DNA from: Guillardia theta CCMP2712
Lineage: Eukaryota > Protista > Cryptophyta
Direction of reading: 5' to 3'
Assembly: GCF_000315625.1 (NCBI RefSeq)
Contig: NW_005434660.1
Coordinates: 742,738-806,737, forward strand
DNA: 64,000 bases
How positions within the stretch are numbered: the stretch's first letter is position 1; each line of letters starts with the position of its first letter. Both the position numbers and the translations under genes were made by a program. Below the pieces are notes generated by a model. It saw only the letters and a list, made by a program, of their open reading frames with translations. It was not told where the DNA came from and ran no database searches. Positions 40,116-50,450 of the stretch are shown here, in pieces.

Positions 40116-41312
40116 ATGTCCATGGATTTTGATTTTGCTTCGCTAAAATCGGCGGATAACAACCACAAGAGTTCTTTCAAAACTGGAGCATACCGCCAAT
40201 CAGAGGTCAACTCTCAACCGCTCACTGCGGCTCAAGTTCTCGCTATCGGTGTTTGCAAAAAGGAAAACCATGCAGCCGAGGGAAAGGTGGCTGCAGCCGA
40301 GCCGCAACCTCTCAAGCCTCCTCTACCTTTTGATCCGCTGACTGCTGCCTTACATGGAATGCCAAAGCTGGAGAGCATCGTGAAAACTGAAGCAATTGAT
40401 GAATCTTCTGCTGCTGGAGCCTTGCTTGGCCTTCATGGCAACAAGCTTTCACACAATCAAGTTGAGCATAATCGACGACTCAAAGCAAAGCAGCTTTTTG
40501 ATGAATTGAAGCTTTTGCTTCCAGGCGGGGAGGACCCTCTCAAGGTGAGGGATCGAAATGCGCTTTTGAAGATGGCAGTGGACGTTATGAAGGCACTGCA
40601 GTCCTATATTTCCAAGATTGAATCGAATATGCCAGATTGCTCACCCTTGCACAATGACACAAAGGCCGAGTCAAAGGAGAATTCTGGGACAGACGATGAA
40701 GCACACTTCCGTGGTCCTGGTAATTATTCAGAAGTTTTGGCAGGGTTAAATCAATCCACTGCAGAGCAAACAGCCTTTGCAGGAATGGAAATGGAGCTTG
40801 AGAGTGGAGATCAGGATCGCAAGCTTAGCCACAGCGAAGCCGAACAGCGACGTCGACAAATCGCCAGAAACTACTACAACGAGCTCAGGGCTTTCTTACC
40901 AGGGAATGACAAGGACAAATTGGACAAAAACGCTGTGTTGCAACGTACCATCTTCTGCATTAAGCAAGCAGCTGCAGCTGCAGCGCTTTCAGGAAATCCA
41001 CCTGTGGAAGAGCATTCTCACTCGGAAGATGATGCAATGCAGCCCGAGCAAGGACTCTCGGAATCCCCTCCCGATGTAGTTCGTGGTTTTTTGGCAATGG
41101 TGGCGTCAGGGGTATACCAATCTAGGGGTCTCAGCGCTCATAATTTCCATGCTATGAATGTTCTGCAATCTTCTGATGAATCTTCCAGCCAGCGAACGCG
41201 AACTTTCTCAAAGCTGGAGAGTGCAGCGCAAACGGACGAATCGACGCATGCGCGACTGAACAAACTGATGCGGTGTGATGGAAACGGCAAACAACCTTCT
41301 CTTGGTTGCTGA
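40116..41312 (+). CDS. Transcription factor with two tandem bHLH domains, intronless
   Basis: KLSHNQVEHNRRLKAKQLFDELKLLLP...DRNALLKMAVDVMKAL and KLSHSEAEQRRRQIARNYYNELRAFLP...LDKNAVLQRTIFCIK. Both carry the H-E-R basic pattern. Confidence 0.85.
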   Translation: MSMDFDFASLKSADNNHKSSFKTGAYRQSEVNSQPLTAAQVLAIGVCKKENHAAEGKVAAAEPQPLKPPLPFDPLTAALHGMPKLESIVKTEAIDESSAAGALLGLHGNKLSHNQVEHNRRLKAKQLFDELKLLLPGGEDPLKVRDRNALLKMAVDVMKALQSYISKIESNMPDCSPLHNDTKAESKENSGTDDEAHFRGPGNYSEVLAGLNQSTAEQTAFAGMEMELESGDQDRKLSHSEAEQRRRQIARNYYNELRAFLPGNDKDKLDKNAVLQRTIFCIKQAAAAAALSGNPPVEEHSHSEDDAMQPEQGLSESPPDVVRGFLAMVASGVYQSRGLSAHNFHAMNVLQSSDESSSQRTRTFSKLESAAQTDESTHARLNKLMRCDGNGKQPSLGC

Positions 41313-41415
41313 ATGGCATTTTATTTGAGACTCTCCAGCATACATACCATATACATGGAATATCAAGTATTTACAAGTGATGTAACAGTTGTACACATCC
41401 CTCGGTGTTTTCATT

Positions 41416-42894
41416 CTACGATAGTTTCTCAATGGAGTCCAGCATTAGCGGAGGCACAATTGAAGGTCTTTGGGCATCGGGTCGCAAATTTCCGCGATGA
41501 TTTGCGACCATGTCAAAGATCCTCCTATCAGGGCTCTTGGTGGCATCTTCGATATCCCGGGTTGCACGTCTTACATGAGGAGAAATATGAAAGCTGCTCA
41601 CATACGATTCGTTAGGAGATAAGTCATAATCGCCATAAATTTTGAAATTGTGATTGGGCGATGTAGAATTTGCTCTTTTGCTCATGATTACTCCATCAGG
41701 AGCCGTGACCGTCAGTATGTCCTTCCGCTTGGGTATTGGCGATGGGTAGTAATGGTTCCTCGTAGCTCCAACCTGCGCGGTAGAGCCATTTGAGTTGTCG
41801 TGGAGTGACGCCTCCATTGCGTGTTCACTTACAATCTTGTGCTCCCATCCTGCTTTCTTGTCCGCGAACATGTCTTCGCTGTAAATCACCTCATGGGGAT
41901 GGTCTACTTGAGGCAAGCGGCGAAACTGATGCGAGATGGTTGAGGGGTGGTTAAGCTGCTCGATCGGTGCTTGATGGAGGTGCTCCTCGATAGCAAGGCG
42001 ATCTGGCTCAATGTACACGACGTCTGCTGTAATGGTGAAATCATCCGTCGAGTAGCTTTCTTGCCTCATGAATTCTGGTCTTGATTCACCATCGCGCTCT
42101 CCCCTCTCTCCCCTCTGGTCCTCTGTCTCCGCCTCTGAGCTGATCATTTCCGCCTCCAGCCATTCTGAGCAGGTTTGTTCCCTAACATTTACCTTGCTGT
42201 GATGGTGATCCTGCAGAAAAATGTTGTCAGGAATCTTCTTTCATCATCGTCAGCTCACGTCAATGTTAAACCATGTGCGCAGATTGCTTTCAATTGATGA
42301 TGCCCATTGAAAAACTGATCAAACGAGTGTCAGGGGCTATCTAATCACGAGCCTTGCATCCTTACAAGGGTTATCATGGGAGAAGTTTTGATGTCCGGAG
42401 AGACGGTCACCGTCACCAGCTTTGGCTGGTGCCCGATGCTCCCTCCCCTGCATTGATTTGACCTTGAAAGATTTCAGATTGAATTCTTCCACGTTGATGC
42501 TATCATACCGTCTGGTGGTTGATGTTTCCTTTGCGTTCGAGAATTTGGTTGAGAGCTCTGCAGTCGGCAGCGATGTGTTTGTTTTTGCTAGAGCAAGATT
42601 GCAGCAGCTTATTGGGTTCCAGTAGTCATTCACAGATCAGGTACACCACGGGACCAGCAATCGTGTAATTTCGAACTGAGCAAATTCAAGAAGTTGGTCG
42701 ATACCGAATATGCCCTATACCACCGCTGTGAATGTTCACAGTCTGATCACACTTCAAACAGCACTAGAAGAGTTTCTTGTCAGTCTGCATGTCTCAACTC
42801 CATACTGCTGGATCAGGTTAATGTTCTACACATGGATACGTCCTCTCTGTGATCCCTCCTGCTTCTCCTGCTCCACCCTCATTGCAGGCAGCAT
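41416..42894 (-). CDS. Hypothetical protein, multi-exon; 5' end uncertain
   Basis: 243-aa terminal ORF (41416-42147) plus upstream coding-like exons (42337-42633). Hydrophilic, with no recognised domain. Confidence 0.45.
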
Positions 42895-44295
42895 AGTCGC
42901 TTCAGCATGTCCATTAAAATCTAGCCGGAAGTGAAGGAGATATCGTGAGGGTCATCATTCTCGGGGGGTAGGGGTGCGGGTGTATCTCTGTAGTACCCGC
43001 TCAACGACCGTCAAAGAGGTCTGGTAGTACCGGTGGTACTCAATACCGGCGTTCATGGATCACTAGGGGTAGGTGTCTGGCTAAAAGGTGGCTCTAATGT
43101 GGGTGGGGTGGGGCGTCGGACTCGGAGACTGAGTACCATCCCCTGGATCATCAACAATACGAGGACTACTACCCCTTCCATTGGTATGCTTGATGGAGTA
43201 GCATAAGGGGTACTAGAGGACCTTATCCACCCACCACCCCAGTTCTAAAGCCAGGCACTTGAGGGTAGTACTGTCAGTCGTGCCCGCCTCGGGTCCCACC
43301 ACGGAAGACGGCGGGCTCAGTCTCAGGCCGGGCCGCTCCGGCGAGCGCCTGTCGGGCCCGGCGGCCGGCTGAGCGCCGGGCAGGCCCTCAGCGGCCCGGC
43401 CCCCGAAACGGTAGTACCGTACGGTAGTAGTACGGGCCGGGCCCGCCCGGGCACACACAGCAATTAGAGAGAGGGGGGGTGGGGTCCTTTCAGTGGTGGG
43501 GGTGGGCCGGGGGTCCTCGGGGTCATTCTTGGCACTGGTGGTGGGGGCGCGGCTTGCCAAGTCACCCGATCATCAGGCTGAGAGCAAACGGGTGACTAGG
43601 CCCAGGTACTTTTTGATAGCTCAATTGAGAGGGGGTGGGGGTGGGGTCTGGGACCTCTCATGTTCAAGTTTCAGGTGGTGGGGTGGGTACTACGGCATAA
43701 TAGGACCTTGGGTTCATACTTCAAAGTTGCAAACGACAGAACGAGGGGGAGGGGGTGGGTACCACTACTTGGCTTTGTAAGCTAGGGGTAGTGATCATGG
43801 CTTCTGAAGGAGAACTGGCGTGAACGCCGTCATGCCGGAGAAAGCAAACATGTTGCGCTAGATATGGTGTGTGCGAGTCTGATAGCTCCTCACTGTGACA
43901 TTCCGATATTGTATCTCTTTCCTCGCCTCCTCTTTCTGCCAAAGTCTGACGTTCAAGTGACCGTGTTATCGCACTGAGTACTTTGTTTGTTGGTTCAGTG
44001 TGGTGTTTTCGACTCCAGTTCCCGAATCCAAGTTGTCTCTGATGTTTCTTTGAGATGGAGGGCAAAAGGAACTCATTAGAGAAGAGTAGTCGATAGGTGT
44101 GCCGCCTATCAAAGATTGAACGTTGTTGATGACTTCAAAAACATTTGGTTCCTGCGTGACAGTGAAGCAAGGAGTCGTTCTATTGACTTGATTCTTAAGC
44201 AGATTGTTCGTCCTGAAGGTGCGTTATGGCGTGAATTTCGTTCCAGCTGCAAGGGTAAAGGTGGGCTTATTCCGATCCAGCCACATTGCACCACA

Positions 44296-46006
44296 ATGCG
44301 GTCGTTGCTCATCGTTACCCTGTGGTTTGGTTTCCTCGGTGCAGCTCGAAGTCAGAGTTTGCTTGTGGAGGCAGGCAAAGAGACGGACGTTCGAATCATC
44401 AAGCCTTCGGCTAAGCTCAAGAGCTGGTTCTCGGAGGACACCCAATGTACTAGCAATCAAGCCTGCCCATCGGGAGCTTACTGCAATGCTCAGTACAGGA
44501 AATGTATGCCTTGCTCAACCTGCCAACAGAACTCAGATTCTATTGATGGAAGATGCCCTCAAGACAAGTGCTCTGCAGTCAGCACGAGTCAGAACGACAA
44601 CCTGCCTCCAGAGCTCGTATGGCTCTTCATCTATCCCAACAGCATCACCATTACCTCGGGGAAAGTATTCGTAAGTGCTTATATGTACACCCGAGATAGC
44701 GGTGCCGGACTCCGAGGAGCTGCTATGTACGTTGAGAGCTCGACGATGACTGGTAGCAGTCACGGTACATGACCCGCCTGTGATGTCGTGGATCTGACCG
44801 CTGCTCTCCTTAGCTTTCTACACTCAGGCTTTCGCATCGCAGAGCTTGATAAGTGGGACGCCGAACGGAGGCGTGCTCAACATGTCCTTCTGGTTTCAGC
44901 AAGGGGACGAGGGAGGGGAATGGGGTATCACTCAACTATACCTTGTGGACTTGCAGGGCAACCATCGAGTGTACTCGAGCTCCGATTTGCTCTCGTTCGG
45001 GGCCAAAGTGAACTCGACCATTCTGGTGTCTTCCTCGGTGTACTACGACTGCTCGAATGCCACCAACATCAACTGCTTTTGGCAGAACGCCCACTGCAAG
45101 AACAAACTCAATGCTCAGCAAACGAATCAGTTTGCTGTGTGCGAGTGCAACCAGGGCTATGTGGGCAACGCCTTTGCATGCGTCAAGGCCTCGGGTTCGT
45201 CACCGTCGACTCCCTCTCCAGGTATTACCAGCACTCCTCCTCCTCCCTCCTCCCAAGGTCAGATCAGCCAGAGCCCAGGAGCATCCGTCAGCTCCCCAGC
45301 AGCAGACACTCGCCTGCCTCCCGTCGCTCAGCCGCAGTACTCTCAGCCTGCCGGGAATGGACCAGCTCAGTCCGAGATGAGCTCGAGAACTTCAGGGGGA
45401 GCATTTGACTTCTTGAACAGCAGCAACATCGGGTTCATGATAGCCTTGATCATCGTTGCCGTCTTGTTGATCTTCCTCTACCAGAAGCTCCCCATCCTCC
45501 GTATCCTCCTCACGAGGGAGAGGCGCGTCCTTCCGCAGGACCAAACTCACCTTCGCAGGTCTTCATCCTCCAGCCGTTTGCGGCAGAGAAACTTGGAGCT
45601 GGTCAGTCGGGAGGCTCCGAGGCCATCGAGGAGAGCAATCTCAGAGCAGTTCATCCGCAACCAATTTGACTTTGAGAGCATGAGGAGGGAATGGAGCGAT
45701 TTCCTTGGTCCTCCTCGAAGAGCGATCAGCCTGCCTGTTAGTCGACCGCCCCTACAACCTCCAACAGAGCCCCAGCCGATCTCGCTGCCCCAACACCTTA
45801 AATTGCCAGGGACGGTCCCAAGGACAGAGGTGGAGGAAGGAGAGGAGTGCGCGGTGTGCATGGAGATGGCCAAAAACGCGATCCTGTTCCCTTGCGGTCA
45901 TCAAGACTTGTGTATTGGTTGCGCTGAACACATCAAGAATAATGGCGGGACTTGCCCTGTCTGTCGGCACAAGATACAAGCTGTGCAACAAGTGAAGCGC
46001 CGATAG
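44296..46006 (+). CDS. Type I membrane receptor-like RING-HC E3 ligase (signal peptide, Cys-rich module, Ig-like module, EGF, TM, RING)
   Basis: Signal peptide MRSLLIVTLWFGFLGAARS. Cys-rich CTSNQACPSGAYC..CMPCSTC. One intron at 44765-44813. EGF CECNQGYVGNAFAC, a S/P stalk, TM IGFMIALIIVAVLLIFLY, and RING CAVC...FPCGHQDLCIGC...CPVCR. Confidence 0.85.
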
Positions 46007-46342
46007 TGTTCAGGGTGCCGTGTGTTTGTGTGTCAAGACGATTTCTTTCAATCTCGTGTGCTGTACCATGTTCGATTATATATTCATGTCGTTGTACGTT
46101 TAGTTATTTCTGATCTGATCTGTAAGTGTTTGCGTCGTTGTTATAGATTCTTTCCAATGTTTTGTACTACAATTAAACATGTATTCTTTGTCAAAGCTCA
46201 ATCACGGCTTGATTGTTCATTCTTCTCCTATGAAAGCTGTATCGTTACAGGGCGATTTTGATTACAAACATATCTGAGTTACAGCTGATGATGGCACGTT
46301 TGATGTTCAAGTTCTATTGCTTCATTCTTACCCTTGCCATCC

Positions 46343-46477
46343 TGCGTCAAGGTCGCCAGCACCAAGGTTGAGGCCTCCCTCACCCTGGCTGAGAAGAAGC
46401 TCCAGGAGTTCCTCTCCTACCAGGCTAAGGGAATCGATGGCGACTACACCGGCGTCGTCAAGAGGGTCGGAAAGTAA
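46343..46477 (+). pseudogene. cpeA: 5'-truncated cpeA fragment (last 44 codons + stop)
   Basis: The 135 nt match the reverse complement of 56762-56896 (CVKVASTK...VVKRVGK*). It has no leader and no chromophore-binding Cys. Confidence 0.9.
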
Positions 46478-49400
46478 ATATTCTCCTGAGCTCGTCTCTG
46501 TGCTGTATTTTTTCTTTCCTCAGTAATAAACATACAAAGAGAACTCGAAGCTTCTGTCTGTCAAACCAAAAACAAACAACAAATCTGGATCGAATCTGCC
46601 TGGGTGCTCACGTCCAGATTGGAGTTATTCTCAGGAAATGTACAGCGTATCATTCACTTGCAAAGTAAAACAAAATATACATATCTACACCTCACTCTCC
46701 TCTGCATGCTGTAACAGCCAGTCCGCCTGTAGCGCCCGATCGACGTCACCAACTCGCTTCAGGACGTACTTGTACACGAAGGGCTCCTGCACAGACTTCA
46801 GCTCTCCATCGACCCGACCTCTGCTCCTCCTCCCTACCTCCATGATGCTCCTGTACACCTGCCGCACAGACTCGTGTCAGCGACCCCAGGGACCAAAGAG
46901 CGCGAGGAAGAGACGGATCGAGGTCGGTGGGAGATGCGACAAGCAGAGGACGAGGATGAGGACGAGGATAAAGGGATGGAGGGGTTTACAAGGAAAGGAG
47001 GAGGAGGAGGAGGAGGAGGAGGAGGAGGAGGAGGAGGAAGGGGGGGGGAGGGTCCTCGTGTGAATGATCTTCCTGCATGCATTCGTCACCGCTAATGTTC
47101 CACCAGGAAGGGTAAGAGGAAGAAGAGGTAGATGGGGAGAGAAAAGTGAAGGCAGAAGAAGCACAAGACACGCAGAGAGGCAGGCAGCTGCCAGCAAGCT
47201 CTCAACGTCATTTGATCCTCTCACCCCGCAGTGTTCATCATGAACAATGTAGCTGTAAATTCTGCCCTGTTCTGATTCCAGTGAGCATGAAAGGCCCCTC
47301 GCTGATTGTGTCCTGCTTCCCCGTCAGTCGCCGCATGCCCCCCGGCAAGTCGCTCACCTGCGAAGGAGCCGCACAAGGAGCCGTTGAGACTCGCCTCCAC
47401 CACCTTCACCCACGGCGACCGGTATCCTCCCAGTGACTGCCACCAGCTCCCATCACCAGAGAGCGAGGGCGAGACGAGGTGACGTTAAGAGAGCGAGAGC
47501 GACCGACTACACACAGGCAGCACAGCAAGCGAGCACGAGAGCAAGCAATGCGACCATCCAAGCACCAAGCAGCTCTCACCAGCGGAAGCTTCAGCCGCAG
47601 AAAGACTGCAAACGGTATCTCGTGGGCTGTCTTGTTGTCAAACATGATTTGCAGCTCATGATGAGACAGGATGAAAGAGTAAAGCGTCTTCTGCAGAGCG
47701 TCTGTACATCGTCAACCTTGCCATCTCACTGGTTCTTCGTGCTCACTAATCGCCGAGGTGGAAGCAACTCGATCGATGACGGCGCTGGATGAAGCTTCCG
47801 ACTGCAGCTTGGGGAGAATCATCGACATCATGGTCACCGATCTGACGACTGACGGTCAGACCAGCAAGCATGTCCCCCGGCCCGGCTGGTGGTTGACAGC
47901 AGCGAGAGGGCTCGAGGAAACGAGGAGCTGCTAAGAGCAGGCGGAAGGGAGAGGAGAAGAGGCAGCCAGCGGCAGACTGAGAACCGAAGAGGAGAGCCCA
48001 TAGCCGCACGAGGAAGGAAAAAGGAAACTGTCTGGAAAGGAGTCTGCAGCCAGCAGGCGGACAGGAAGGGAGGGAAGGGAAGGCACGCGGCAGGCGGCAG
48101 AAGCAAGAAAGGGAAGATCAGGAGCAGGAGCAGGGGCAAGTGAAGGAGCAAGATTGGGGCAAGGGCAGGAGCAGAAGCAGGAGCAGAAGCAGGAGCAGAA
48201 GTAGCTCTTACCGCGGTTCTCTCTGCACCTCATAGATGGCCCGATCAAAGTCATAAGGCGTCGACGTCGACCGCCCAAAGTCATACCCAAAGCACCCGCT
48301 ATACCCCATCATGTCCCTCCTGTTCCAGTCCGGCTCCTCCTCCTCCTCCCTCCCGCCTCCTCCCCGGCTCTCCTCGCCCGCAGCCTCCAGCATGAAGATC
48401 GACCTCCCCGCCGCCCTCGCATGCAGCGTCGTCATCCTCATCCGCCGCTCCACCACCGACTTGCTCCGGAACGTCCGCACGGTGATCACCAGCGACAGGG
48501 AGCTGACGTCTCCTTGCCGAAGACTCATAACCTTGCTGAAGGACCGCAGGGCGTTCAAGCTGTCAAAGTCCACCAGGTGCCCGAAGCTCTGACCGATCTG
48601 ACACCACCAGACTCACCCGCCGACATGCACAACCGAGCGAGCACAGCCAGCATGCAGCACAGCGAGATCGAGGTCAGAGCAAGAAGACGCAAAAGAGGGC
48701 GAGGACAACGAGGCAGATAAGGAAAGACTGGGGAGGGGAGGGGAGGGGATGGCAGAGCACGGGTGAGTTGAGGGAGGAAACCGAGATACGAGAGATGAGA
48801 ACGAGGAGAGACAAGATCAAGATCAAGCTAGCAACCAAGTATGCAGGCTCACGACCCATCGATGTCCATAGCCATCAGTCATCCCACCTCCCCGACCTAC
48901 ATCCCCATCTCGCAACCTTCCCTTCCCCACCCCATGCATCGCTCTTTCACACAACGCACAAGCGCTCAGGCGTATCAACGAATTACCAGGTCGCCCTCAA
49001 ACGCAGCGCTCGCAAAGTCCTGCCGCAGCCTCGCGCTCATCTCTACCACCGTCCACTCAGGCAGCTCCACAACCAGCAGCCTCTCCCTGCTGCTGCTCAG
49101 ACAGGCTTCCATCAGCTCCTGCCCTGACACCCACGGCAACCTCCCACTCGGGTCAAGCCCTTGTGCTTCTGCACCTTCCCCCCGTCCCCTGGACCCATGT
49201 TTCCCTTCTTGTGCCCCTTCTGGATCAGCGCGATGTGGGTCCTGGAGCTGCCTGCAGTGGTTGACACAGTCCTCGTAGAGCTGCACTGTCGTTCTTTTGG
49301 ATCGGAGGCCGCCGTTGAGAAACCTGCCTGGCACAGCAGCAACAGGAACAAGCGTGTCAAGGCGGTCAATGAGCTTCTTCTGCGCTGCTCGCTCAGTTGC
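46343..49400. repeat. Left arm of ~3.1 kb inverted segmental duplication (partner 53652-56896)
   Basis: Reverse-complement match from the cpeA 3' end through the bHLH-PAS-like gene. Differences are mostly in microsatellite introns. Confidence 0.92.
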
Positions 49401-49496
49401 TTTGCCCTCTCTTTGTCGCTTTTTGTGCTCGTCCTTTTCTTCTCCCTCCCTTGGTCTGCGGGAGGGAGGCCTCTTGGTATTATTTTCTGCAAACAT
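46685..49496 (-). CDS. Divergent bHLH-PAS-like protein, copy L (probably disrupted near the 3' end)
   Basis: Paralogue of 53556-56554. It lacks the second half and splice donor of the penultimate exon at ~47051. The true start may lie further upstream. Confidence 0.55.
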
Positions 49497-50450
49497 GTCA
49501 GGAGAGTCAGCAAAAGTAGGACGCGGGGGAGGTTTTTGTTTGAGTGGAGCAAACGTTCTTCGTCACAAGCACGCTCTATCCTTCAAGCCTAAGATCGAAG
49601 CAAGAAACACAAGATGCAGTGGCTAGGGGGTAGATAAAGATAGGGAAGGAAGGCCGAAGAGATCCAGGGATGGTGAATGGGAGAAGTCTGGAACCGTTAC
49701 AGCAGAATAAAACGCCGATCAAGAATCAGGAGGACAAAGAGGAAGAAGGCATGAAAACAGAGAGAAGGAGAGTGTTACAAGAAGGGGCGATGGATAGGAT
49801 CATGCTCATCAAGACAATGCTAGGAATGCTATAGCTTTCTTGGAGTAGACAGCGGGTCTGATATCAATCCGTTCTCTGGCTAACTTGCTTTCTCCTGAGC
49901 ACATGAATCTGTTGCGACTCATGCAACTTCTTTTCAAAATGGCTTCAACCCACAAGCGCATCTTCACTGCTGACCCCACAACGCTCTCTGGATCAAGAAT
50001 GTTGCTGCAACGCTCCTCCTTCTCTCCCTGCTGATTCAGCATCTCCTCTCCTACATCATCCTTCCAAACCTTCCCCGCCCTCTCTCTCCCATCGTTCATC
50101 TCCCCTCCCCTCCTCTCCCCTCTCTCCTCACTCACCTAGCATCCTGCGCTGCTCATATCGCGACGTTCCCCGACAAAGATGACTAAAACTTTCAGTAAAG
50201 AGTCGGCGGCCGCGGCCGCCGGGCCGCGGTGACTCCGTGACCGTGGACTCCGGGATCCGATGATCGGACAGTGTACCCCGGGCCCGGTCCGGGACGCCGG
50301 GGGCCGTGAGCCGCCGCCGCGGCGGCAGGCTCCACCGGACTCCCGCGGCCGGGCCTCACCTTTCACACCTCGGAAGGGCCTGGACGGACGGTCCGCTCCG
50401 GCACAGTGCGCCGGGGCCGCGGCCCGGGCCGCCGCGCGTACGGCGGTCAC

